Of a stretch of 64,000 nucleotides of DNA, positions 53,935 to 61,639 are shown one piece after another. A model generated the notes under the pieces. It worked only from the letters and a program-made list of their open reading frames with translations, did no database searches and was not told where the DNA came from. How positions within the stretch are numbered: the stretch's first letter is position 1; each line of letters starts with the position of its first letter. This DNA comes from Pseudolabrys sp. GTDB lineage: Bacteria > Pseudomonadota > Alphaproteobacteria > Rhizobiales > Xanthobacteraceae. The translations under genes were made by a program, and so were the position numbers. Location of the stretch: NCBI GenBank assembly GCA_017849615.1, contig JAFIGS010000014.1, positions 147,740-211,739 of the forward strand, read 5' to 3'.

Positions 53935-54414
53935 ATGACCGATAAAACCGCCATCACCCTGACCATCAACGGCAAGGATCACAAGATTTCCGTTGAGCCG
54001 CGCCGCACGCTTGCCGATGCCATTCGCGAGGATTGCGGGCAGACCGGCACGCATATCGGCTGCGAGCACGGCGTCTGCGGCGCCTGCACCGTCATCGTCG
54101 ATGACGCGCCGGTGCGGTCCTGCCTGATGTTCGCGGTGCAGGCCGAGGGCAAGACAATCCGCACCGTCGAGGGCCTGGCCGATGGTGACAAATTGCATCC
54201 GATGCAGCAGGCCTTCATGGACAATCACGGCCTGCAGTGCGGCTTCTGTACGCCGGGCTTCCTCATGCTCGCCGTCGGTGTGCTGGAGCGCGAACCCGAT
54301 ATCAGCGACGAGGCCCTGATCGACGTCCTGTCGTCCAACCTGTGCCGCTGCACCGGCTATCAGAACATCATCAAGTCCGTGCGCGCCGCGGCGCGGGAGA
54401 TGCGGAAAGCCTGA
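53935..54414 (+). CDS. xanthine dehydrogenase-family [2Fe-2S]-binding (small, CoxS/CutS-like) subunit
   Basis: 159-aa ORF. The plant-type cluster motif is CEHGVCGACTV..(N)..C. The second cluster motif is CGFCTPG...CRCTGY. Confidence 0.95.
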   Translation: MTDKTAITLTINGKDHKISVEPRRTLADAIREDCGQTGTHIGCEHGVCGACTVIVDDAPVRSCLMFAVQAEGKTIRTVEGLADGDKLHPMQQAFMDNHGLQCGFCTPGFLMLAVGVLEREPDISDEALIDVLSSNLCRCTGYQNIIKSVRAAAREMRKA

Positions 54415-54416
54415 CT

Positions 54417-54504
54417 CTCCGCTCACCCCCGCGAAGGCGGGGGTCCAGTTGGGGTGCTGACAAGAATTCGGTCTGGATTCCCGCCTACGCGGGAATGAGC
54501 GGAG
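54417..54504. repeat. double-hairpin palindromic element, family 2, copy E2
   Basis: CTCCGCTCACCCCCGCGAAGGCGGGGGTCCAG...CTGGATTCCCGCCTACGCGGGAATGAGCGGAG. It starts 2 nt after the Fe-S subunit stop and ends 3 nt before GTG 54508. Confidence 0.85.
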
Positions 54505-54507
54505 TTT

Positions 54508-56799
54508 GTGGCTGGCTTCGGAATGAACAAACAGAAGCAGAAATTCATCGGCCGCTCGGTGCCGCGGCTTGAAGACCGCCCGCTGCTGACCGGGCAAGGC
54601 CGCTTCGCCGCCGATGTGAACTTTCCCGGCCAGTGGGCGATGCGCGTGGTGCGCTCGCCGATCGCGCACGGCCGGCTCAACGGCATCGACGCATCGGCCG
54701 CGCTCGCCATGGATGGCGTTCACGCGGTCTGGACCTTCGCCGATATCGCCCATATTCCGCCGATTCCCTTTCGGCTCACCGGCCTCAAGGCACTGGAGCC
54801 CTATCAGCAGCGTGTCATGGCCAGCGACTTTGTGCGCTATGTCGGCGAGCCGGTCGCCGTGGTGTTCGCCGACGACGCCTATGTCGCCGAGGACGCGGCC
54901 GACGCCATCGAGCTCGACATCGAACCGTTGCCGCCGGTGATGAACGCCACCGACGCGCCCGGGCCGTTCGACGCCGCGCAAAGCACCGAGCCCGACGTCC
55001 TGCGCAAGGGCTACGGCGACGTCGATGCCGCCTTCAGGGCCGCCCACTCGGTTGTAGCCCTCGACCTGTCGGTCGGCCGCCATTCCGGCGTGCCGCTCGA
55101 GACCCGCGGCGCCGTCGGCTATTTCAACGAGGCGCTGGACCGGCTGGAAATGCATGGCGCCGCCAAGGTGCCGCACTGGAACCGCGACACGATGGGCCGC
55201 ATGCTCGGCCGCACGCGCGACAACTTCCAGCTCTTCGAAGGCCATGTCGGCGGCGGCTTCGGCATCCGCGGCGAGATCTATCCCGAGGACGTCATCGTCT
55301 GCGCCGCGGCGCTGCACTTCAAGAAACCGATCAAGTGGATCGAAGACCGGCGCGAGCATCTCATCAGCGCCAATCACTCGCGCCAGCAGACTCACCGTAT
55401 CCGCGCCGCCATCGATGCCGAAGGCCACATCCTCGCCATCGACGACGAGTTCTTCCACGACAACGGCGCCTACATGCGCACGCACGCCGCGACCGTGCCG
55501 GATCTTGCTGCGGCGATGCTGCCGGGGCCCTATCGCGTGCCGGCCTATCGCGCCACTGCCCATATTCGCCTCACCAACAAGACGCCGTGCGGCACCTATC
55601 GCGCGCCCGGACGCTATGAATCGACCTTCGTGCGCGAGCGTCTGCTCGACGCCATCGCCGCCAAGGTCGGCGTCGACAAGGCCGAAATCCGCAAGCGCAA
55701 CCTGCTGCCCAAAAGCGCGATGCCCTATGCGCTTGGCCTCGAGACGTTGGGCACGCATATCGTCTACGACTCCGGCGATTACGGCCTGCTGCTCGACAAG
55801 GCGCTGGACCGCGCCGGCTGGCCGCAGTTGCAGCAGGACATCGCCAGGCGCCGCGCCAATGGCGAAAAAGTCGGCGCCGGCGTCGCCATGTTCGTCGAGA
55901 AGAGCGGTCTCGGCCCGTTCGACGACGTCCGCGTCGAAGTGCAGAGCGGCGGCAGTATCGAACTCGTCACCGGCGCAGCCTCGGTCGGCCAGGGCATCGA
56001 GACGGCGATGGCGCAGATCTGCGCCGAAACTCTCGGGGTCGATTACACGACCGTCAGCGTCATTCACGGCCAGACCGACCGCATCGGCCGCGGCCTCGGC
56101 GCTTTTGCCTCGCGCGTGACGGTGATGACCGGCGAGGCGACCAAACGCGCGTCAACGAAGCTGCGCGGGCGTATCCTGAAACTCGCCGCCGAACTGATGC
56201 AGGCCGAGCCGGCGCAACTGGACATCGTCGACGGCGAAATCGTGCGCACCGGCGGCACGCCAGGCCCATCGATGAAGCTCACCGATCTCGCCGCCGCCAG
56301 GCCCGGCGAACTGATCGCCGAAGACACCTTCGAATCCACCCACATGGTCTATCCCTATGGCGTCCATGTCGCCGCGGTGCGCGTCGATGCCGAGACCGGC
56401 GGCGTCGCGATCGAGAAGTATGTGATGGCCTATGATGTCGGCAAGGCCGTCAACCCCATGCTGGTCGAAGGACAGATCGCCGGCGGCCTGGCGCAGGGCA
56501 TCGGCGGCGCGCTGTTCGAGGAATTTGTCTACGACGAGAGCGGCGAGCCTTTATCGGTCACCTTCGCCGACTATCTGATGCCGACAGCGCATGAGGTGCC
56601 GGAGTCTTCGATCCTCATTACCGAGGATGCGCCGAGCCCGCTCAATTCGCTCGGCCTCAAGGGCGCGGGCGAAGGCGGCACCAACCCTGTTGGCGCGGTC
56701 ATTGCCTCTGCTATAGATGACGCCCTGCAAATGCCGGGCGCGATCGTCACCTTGCCGGTGACCCCGCAACGCCTCCGCGCCATCTGCAAGAAAAAATAG
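54508..56799 (+). CDS. xanthine dehydrogenase-family molybdopterin-binding (large) subunit, copy 2
   Basis: About 760-aa ORF. Motifs are IGRSVPRLEDRPLLTGQGRF, GHVGGGFGIRGE, WIEDRREHL, the loop GTYRAPGRY, and C-terminal GAGEGGTNPVG. The start is ambiguous (GTG 54508 or ATG 54523). Confidence 0.9.
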   Translation: MAGFGMNKQKQKFIGRSVPRLEDRPLLTGQGRFAADVNFPGQWAMRVVRSPIAHGRLNGIDASAALAMDGVHAVWTFADIAHIPPIPFRLTGLKALEPYQQRVMASDFVRYVGEPVAVVFADDAYVAEDAADAIELDIEPLPPVMNATDAPGPFDAAQSTEPDVLRKGYGDVDAAFRAAHSVVALDLSVGRHSGVPLETRGAVGYFNEALDRLEMHGAAKVPHWNRDTMGRMLGRTRDNFQLFEGHVGGGFGIRGEIYPEDVIVCAAALHFKKPIKWIEDRREHLISANHSRQQTHRIRAAIDAEGHILAIDDEFFHDNGAYMRTHAATVPDLAAAMLPGPYRVPAYRATAHIRLTNKTPCGTYRAPGRYESTFVRERLLDAIAAKVGVDKAEIRKRNLLPKSAMPYALGLETLGTHIVYDSGDYGLLLDKALDRAGWPQLQQDIARRRANGEKVGAGVAMFVEKSGLGPFDDVRVEVQSGGSIELVTGAASVGQGIETAMAQICAETLGVDYTTVSVIHGQTDRIGRGLGAFASRVTVMTGEATKRASTKLRGRILKLAAELMQAEPAQLDIVDGEIVRTGGTPGPSMKLTDLAAARPGELIAEDTFESTHMVYPYGVHVAAVRVDAETGGVAIEKYVMAYDVGKAVNPMLVEGQIAGGLAQGIGGALFEEFVYDESGEPLSVTFADYLMPTAHEVPESSILITEDAPSPLNSLGLKGAGEGGTNPVGAVIASAIDDALQMPGAIVTLPVTPQRLRAICKKK

Positions 56800-56833
56800 A
56801 AGCTTCCGGCAGGAAGCATCGGGAGGAGCGGCG

Positions 56834-57670
56834 ATGAGCGACGACAGCGTGCCGCAGTTGAAGGCGCCGGCGGGTACCTGCGACTGCCATATCCATACGT
56901 ACGACCATACGTTTCCCACAGCGCCGACGGCGGTGGTGACGCCGCCGGATGCCGCGGTCGGCGACTACCTGAAAATGTGCGTCAGGATGGGCATCGAGCG
57001 CACCGTGCTGGTGCAGGCCTCCGCCTATGGCAAGGACAACCGGCTGCTGCTGCGCGACATGGCGACGATGGGACCATCGCGTGCCCGCGGCATCGTCGTC
57101 GTCGACGAGACGGTGACCGACGAGGAACTCGATCGCCTCACCAAGCTGGGCGTGCGCGGCATCCGCTTCTTCATGCTGGCCGGTGCGCCGCTGCCTTTGT
57201 CGTCGCTCGAAACCATGGCGGCGCGCGTCGCGCCGTTCGGCTGGACCATTAACTTCCAGTGTGACGGCCGCGAACTCGCCGATCACGAAGCCCGGCTCAA
57301 GGCGCTGCCGACCACGGTGACCATCGACCATCAGGGCAAGTTTCTTGAGCCGGTCGAGCCGGATCATCCCGGCTTCAAGGCGCTGCTGCGCCTCCTGGAG
57401 ACCGGCAAGGTCTGGTACAAGCTCGCCGCGCCTTACGAGACCTCGAAGCTCGGGCCGCCTTATTACGACGATGTCGGCAGACTGGCGAAGCTGCTGGTGA
57501 AGACCGCGCCGGATCGTGGGCTGTGGGCTTCGAACTGGCCCTATCCGATGGCCGGCGCGAAAACGCCGAAGGACGCCTGGACGCTCGACATGCTGCTCGA
57601 CTGGGTGCCCGACGAGCGAACGCGGCAGAAGATCCTGGTCGACAATCCGGCGAAACTGTACGGGTTTTAG
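56834..57670 (+). CDS. amidohydrolase_2 superfamily protein (LigI lactonase / ACMSD-type decarboxylase-like)
   Basis: 278-aa ORF. The N-terminal metal/active-site motif is CDCHIHTYD. TIDHQGKF and LWASNWPYP are typical of this TIM-barrel family as I recall it. Confidence 0.75.
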   Translation: MSDDSVPQLKAPAGTCDCHIHTYDHTFPTAPTAVVTPPDAAVGDYLKMCVRMGIERTVLVQASAYGKDNRLLLRDMATMGPSRARGIVVVDETVTDEELDRLTKLGVRGIRFFMLAGAPLPLSSLETMAARVAPFGWTINFQCDGRELADHEARLKALPTTVTIDHQGKFLEPVEPDHPGFKALLRLLETGKVWYKLAAPYETSKLGPPYYDDVGRLAKLLVKTAPDRGLWASNWPYPMAGAKTPKDAWTLDMLLDWVPDERTRQKILVDNPAKLYGF

Positions 57671-58128
57671 CTCAGCTTCTTCAGCAGCGCCGCGATCATG
57701 CGCTGTTCGGTCGGCGACAGCGGCGCCAGGGTTTGCGCGGTGATCCTGGTCGCGACCTTCTGCGCCGCCTCGGTGACGCGGCGGCCTTCGTCGGTAAGCG
57801 TCACCGCGCGGCGGCGGCGGTCCTTCGGATCGCTGAGCGCGGTGACGAAGCCGCGCACCGACAGGCGATCGACCACGCCCTTGATGGTGGCGGCGTCGAG
57901 ATAGATCAGGCGGCCAAGCTGGTTCTGCGAGGACGGCCCTGTCTCATACAGTTTGGCGAGCGCGGCGAACTGGGTTTGCGTCAGGCCGTCGATCATGTTG
58001 GCGGTAAAGATCGAGGTGTGACGCTGCGTGGCGATGCGCATCAGAAAGCCGACCTGCGCGTCGAGCACATATCCGCTCGACGCGGCCTCGTTCGCCGTCG
58101 CGGCGGCCTTGAGTTTACTGCGCGCCAT
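57667..58128 (-). CDS. MarR-family transcriptional regulator
   Basis: 153-aa ORF. The winged HTH is LTQTQFAALAKLYETGPSSQNQLGRLIYLDAATIKGVVDRLSVRGFV...DPKDRRRRAVTLTDEG. Confidence 0.9.
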   Translation of the reverse strand: MARSKLKAAATANEAASSGYVLDAQVGFLMRIATQRHTSIFTANMIDGLTQTQFAALAKLYETGPSSQNQLGRLIYLDAATIKGVVDRLSVRGFVTALSDPKDRRRRAVTLTDEGRRVTEAAQKVATRITAQTLAPLSPTEQRMIAALLKKLS

Positions 58129-58212
58129 GAGTGACCGACCCGGAATTTCTATTTTAGCGAAGCATGGCGGGGAATTGCCCGGAGAGGAAGCGCTTTTTCC
58201 CGGCCGTTGCGA

Positions 58213-58938
58213 TCAAACAGTCAGATAGGCCCGTTGGATATCGAGATTGCCGGACAGCTCCGCCATCGAGCCCTGCCAGTGAATTTCGCCTTTTTCCAGC
58301 ACGTAGACGCGGTCCGACACCAGCCGGGCGAAATGGATGTTCTGCTCGGAGAGCAGGATCGACAGTCCCTCCTTCTTTAGTTCAATGATGGTGCTCGCCA
58401 TCTGCTCGACGATCAGGGGGGCGACGCCCTCGGACGGCTCGTCGAGCAGCACCATCAGCGGATTGCCCATGAGCGTGCGCGCCACGGTGAGCATCTGCTG
58501 CTCGCCGCCGCTCATGCGGCCGCCCGGCCGGTTCGGCATCTCGCCGAGATTCGGGAACAGTTCGAACAGCCGCTGCGGCGTCCAGACCGGCGCCGGCTGG
58601 CCGCCCGGAAACCGGCGCGGCGGCTGGCGGCCGATGTCGAGATTTTCCATCACCGTCAGCTCGGAAAAGATGCGGCGGTCCTCGGGCGTGAAGCCAAGGC
58701 CCTGCCGCGCGATCTCGAATGGCCGCAGCCCGGAGATGTCGGCGCCGTTGAAGCGCAGCGCGCCGCGGCGCGCCACCAGCCCCATCAGCGCCTTCATGGT
58801 CGTCGTCTTGCCGGCGCCGTTGCGGCCCATCAGCGCCACCACCTCGCCGCGGCCGACATTGAACGACACGTCGTGCAGGATCTGCGCCGCGCCGTACCAG
58901 GCCTGCAGCCCATCGACCGAAAGCATCGGCGCGCTCAT
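58213..58938 (-). CDS. HAAT ABC transporter ATP-binding protein, LivF-like (second system)
   Basis: ORF 58213..59361 trimmed to ATG 58938 (MSAPMLSVDGLQAWYG). Walker A GRNGAGKTT, signature MSGGEQQM, Walker B MVLLDEPSEGV. Confidence 0.9.
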   Translation of the reverse strand: MSAPMLSVDGLQAWYGAAQILHDVSFNVGRGEVVALMGRNGAGKTTTMKALMGLVARRGALRFNGADISGLRPFEIARQGLGFTPEDRRIFSELTVMENLDIGRQPPRRFPGGQPAPVWTPQRLFELFPNLGEMPNRPGGRMSGGEQQMLTVARTLMGNPLMVLLDEPSEGVAPLIVEQMASTIIELKKEGLSILLSEQNIHFARLVSDRVYVLEKGEIHWQGSMAELSGNLDIQRAYLTV

Positions 58939-59699
58939 GACGATGCCCCCTGGAACGTCTTGCCGGTGCCGAAATAGACTTCCCTTACCTTGGCATTGTC
59001 TCGGATGGCGGCGGCGTCGCCGTCGGCGATCAGGCGGCCCCGCGCCAGGACGATGATGCGATCGGCATAGGAGAACACCACGTCCATCGAATGCTCGGTG
59101 AACAGCACCGAAATGCCGCGCTCGATGACGAGCTGCTTGACCAGTTTGATGAGATCGTTGCGCTCGCGCGGCGCCATGCCGGCGGTCGGCTCGTCCATCA
59201 AAAGCAGTTGCGGATCGTTGGCGAGCGCAATGGCAAGCTCGATCCGCTTGACGTCGCCGTAGGCCAGTTCGCGGCTCGGCCGGTCGGCGGCGTCCTGCAT
59301 CCCGACCTGCGCCAGCAGCTCGAGGGCGCGCTCGCGATAGAGCGAGGCCGCCGGCCGCCACAGATTGAGCAGGCGGCTGGCGTGCGAAATCAACGCCATC
59401 TGCACGTTCTCGACCACGGTCATTGAGCCGAAGGTGGCGGCCACCTGGAAGGTACGGCCGACGCCGAGGCGCCAGATGTCGCGCGGCGCCATGCCGGCAA
59501 TGCTTTTGCCGCCGATCAGGATCTCGCCGGTATCCGCCGCGAGCTGACCGTTGATCATGTTGAAGGTCGTCGACTTGCCGGCGCCGTTCGGCCCAATGAG
59601 CGCGAGGAACTCGCCCTTGCCGATCTCGAACGACACGTTCTCGACGGCGCGCACCCCGCCGAAGGACTTGCCGAGCGAATTGACGGTGAGGACGCTCAT
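58935..59699 (-). CDS. HAAT ABC transporter ATP-binding protein, LivG-like (second system)
   Basis: ORF 58935..61250 trimmed to ATG 59699 (MSVLTVNSLGKSFGG), which overlaps the permease stop (ATGA). Walker A GPNGAGKST, Walker B LLLMDEPTAGM. Confidence 0.9.
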   Translation of the reverse strand: MSVLTVNSLGKSFGGVRAVENVSFEIGKGEFLALIGPNGAGKSTTFNMINGQLAADTGEILIGGKSIAGMAPRDIWRLGVGRTFQVAATFGSMTVVENVQMALISHASRLLNLWRPAASLYRERALELLAQVGMQDAADRPSRELAYGDVKRIELAIALANDPQLLLMDEPTAGMAPRERNDLIKLVKQLVIERGISVLFTEHSMDVVFSYADRIIVLARGRLIADGDAAAIRDNAKVREVYFGTGKTFQGASS

Positions 59700-61594
59700 G
59701 CGCGGCCTCCCCTCTTGCCGTCGAAACGCGACCACAACATCGAGAAAGCGCCGGCGATGCCTTGCGGGAAGGCCAGCACCAGAAACAGGATCACGCAGCC
59801 GAGCAGTCCGCGCCAGTATTCGGTCTGCCGCATGATCGTATCCTGCAGCATGGCGAACACCGAGGCGCCGACCATCGGGCCAACCAGAGTCTGGATGCCG
59901 CCGAGCAGCACCATGACCAGGCCGTCGATGGAACGGCCGACGGCGATGGCTTCCGGCGAGATCGACCCCTTGGCGAAGGCGAACAGACCGCCGGCGATGC
60001 CGCAGATGCCGCCGGCAATGGCGAAGCCCAGCCAATGGATGCGTTTGACGTCGATGCCGATCGCTTCGGCGCGCAGCGCCGAGTCCCGGCCGGCGCGCAT
60101 GGCATAGCCGAATGGCGCGAACAGGAAGCGGCGCAGCAGCAGCACGGAGATCACGGCCAGCGCCAGCGCCAGCAGATAATAGACCCAGGCTTTGTTGAAC
60201 GGCGCTGTCGGCCAGACGCCGATCACGCCGTTGGAGCCGCCGGTGAAGGTCTCCCACTGGAACACGGCGGCCCAGACGATCTGCGCGAACGCCAAGGTGA
60301 GCATGGCGAGATAGACGCCGGACAGCCCCACGGCGAACCAGCCGAACAAAAGCGCACCGAGCAGCGCGACGGCGGGCGCCGCCAGCAGCGCCGCCAGCAT
60401 CGGGAAGCCGGCGCTCTTCAGCAGCAGCGCCGCGCCGTAGGCGCCGAGACCGAAATAGGCGGCGTGGCCGAAGGAGTGCATGCCCCCCGGCCCCATGATG
60501 AAGTGCAGCGACGTCGCGAAGATCACGGCGATGAGGATGTCGGTTGCCAGCACCATGACGTAAGGCGAGGACTGCGCCACGACCGGCAAGGCCAGCAGCA
60601 GCGCGAGGACGACAGCGGCGAATGCTTTCAGCAGGGGCGCGGCGGGGCGGATCGGCGCTTCCGGTTCGGCGACCGAGCGCACATTGCCCTGCGGCTTGCC
60701 GAGCAGGCCGTAGGGCCGCACGATCAGGACGATCGCCATGACGATGAATTCGGCGACCAGGGTGAACTTCGAGGCGTTGAACTTGATGAAGCCAAGATCG
60801 ACCACGCCGATGGCGATGCACAGCGCCTTGACCTCGGCGATGATGATGGCGGCCAGATAGGCGCCGGTGATCGAGCCCATGCCGCCGACCACGACGACAA
60901 CGAAGGCGTCGCCGATGACGGCGAGGTCCATCGCCAGATTGGCGGGCTCGCGCGCCACCTGCAGCGCGCCGCCGAGGCCGGCAAGCAGCGAGCCGAGCGC
61001 GAACACGGAGGTAAACAGCACGGCCTGATTGACGCCGAGCGCGCCGACCATCTCGCGGTCCTGCGTCGCGGCGCGCACGAGCCGGCCGAAGCGCGACTTG
61101 GCGAGGGCGAAGTGCAGCAGGATCAGCACCGCCGGCGCAACGAAAATCAGGAACAGATCGTAGCTCGGCAGCCGGCGCCCGAAGATTTCCACGGCGCCGG
61201 CCAGACCCGGCGCGCGCGGGCCCAGCAGATCTTCCGGGCCCCACAGCCACAAGGTCATGTCGTTGAAGATCAGCACCAGCGCGAAGGTCGCCAGCAACTG
61301 GAACAGTTCGGGCGCGCGGTAGATCCGCCGCAGCAGCAGCATTTCGATTGCGGCGCCGATCACGCCGACGAACAGCGCGGTCAGCACGATGCCGCCCCAG
61401 AAGCCGAAGGCGCCGCCGATCTTGGTGGCCAGCGTATAGGCGATATAGGTCCCCAGCATGTAAAGGGACCCGTGGGCGATATTGACGATGCGCGTGACGC
61501 CGAAGATCAGCGACAGCCCGGCAGCGATGAAGAACAGCCCGGATGCGGTCGAAAGACCGTTAAGCGCCTGAAATAGAAATGCGTCGAGGGTCAT
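59696..61594 (-). CDS. fused LivH-LivM-type HAAT ABC transporter permease
   Basis: 632-aa multi-TM ORF. The N-terminal ~300 aa are LivH-like (RIVNIAHGSLYMLGTYIAY). The C-terminal ~330 aa are LivM-like (MHSFGHAAYFGLGAYGA). The same two motifs sit on separate genes at 45394..47336. Confidence 0.9.
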   Translation of the reverse strand: MTLDAFLFQALNGLSTASGLFFIAAGLSLIFGVTRIVNIAHGSLYMLGTYIAYTLATKIGGAFGFWGGIVLTALFVGVIGAAIEMLLLRRIYRAPELFQLLATFALVLIFNDMTLWLWGPEDLLGPRAPGLAGAVEIFGRRLPSYDLFLIFVAPAVLILLHFALAKSRFGRLVRAATQDREMVGALGVNQAVLFTSVFALGSLLAGLGGALQVAREPANLAMDLAVIGDAFVVVVVGGMGSITGAYLAAIIIAEVKALCIAIGVVDLGFIKFNASKFTLVAEFIVMAIVLIVRPYGLLGKPQGNVRSVAEPEAPIRPAAPLLKAFAAVVLALLLALPVVAQSSPYVMVLATDILIAVIFATSLHFIMGPGGMHSFGHAAYFGLGAYGAALLLKSAGFPMLAALLAAPAVALLGALLFGWFAVGLSGVYLAMLTLAFAQIVWAAVFQWETFTGGSNGVIGVWPTAPFNKAWVYYLLALALAVISVLLLRRFLFAPFGYAMRAGRDSALRAEAIGIDVKRIHWLGFAIAGGICGIAGGLFAFAKGSISPEAIAVGRSIDGLVMVLLGGIQTLVGPMVGASVFAMLQDTIMRQTEYWRGLLGCVILFLVLAFPQGIAGAFSMLWSRFDGKRGGRA

Positions 61595-61601
61595 GGCTTC
61601 G

Positions 61602-61633
61602 CTTATTCCTCCCCCTTTCGGGGGAGGGATAAG
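61602..61633 (-). promoter_or_regulatory. intercistronic stem-loop between the binding-protein and permease genes
   Basis: On the plus strand, CTTATTCCTCCCCC-TTTC-GGGGGAGGGATAAG forms a 14-bp stem with one T-G pair. On the mRNA strand the 3' arm reads GGGGGAGGAATAAG, i.e. the only SD-like sequence upstream of ATG 61594. Confidence 0.7.
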
Positions 61634-61639
61634 AAGAAT

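Noticed and set aside
53761-56067. Very long ORFs antisense to or out of frame with real genes. Examples are 53761..56067(-) 768 aa, 17146..19074(-) 642 aa, 21051..22928(-) 625 aa, 59762..61576(+) 604 aa, 37643..40288(+) 881 aa and 14911..16146(-) 411 aa.
   Set aside because: Their translations are Arg/Ala/Gly/Asp/His-rich with no recognisable motifs. This is typical of stop-codon-poor alternative frames in high-GC DNA. Each is fully covered by a gene with clear family motifs on the other strand or frame.
50641-56799. Calling the M-L-S-L' cluster an aerobic carbon monoxide dehydrogenase (coxMSL).
   Set aside because: The gene order is M-L-S rather than M-S-L. The large-subunit active-site loops read AYRGVSR and TYRAPGR. 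These are not the form I AYxCSFR or form II AYRGAGR signatures as I remember them. No coxDEFG-type accessory genes are nearby.
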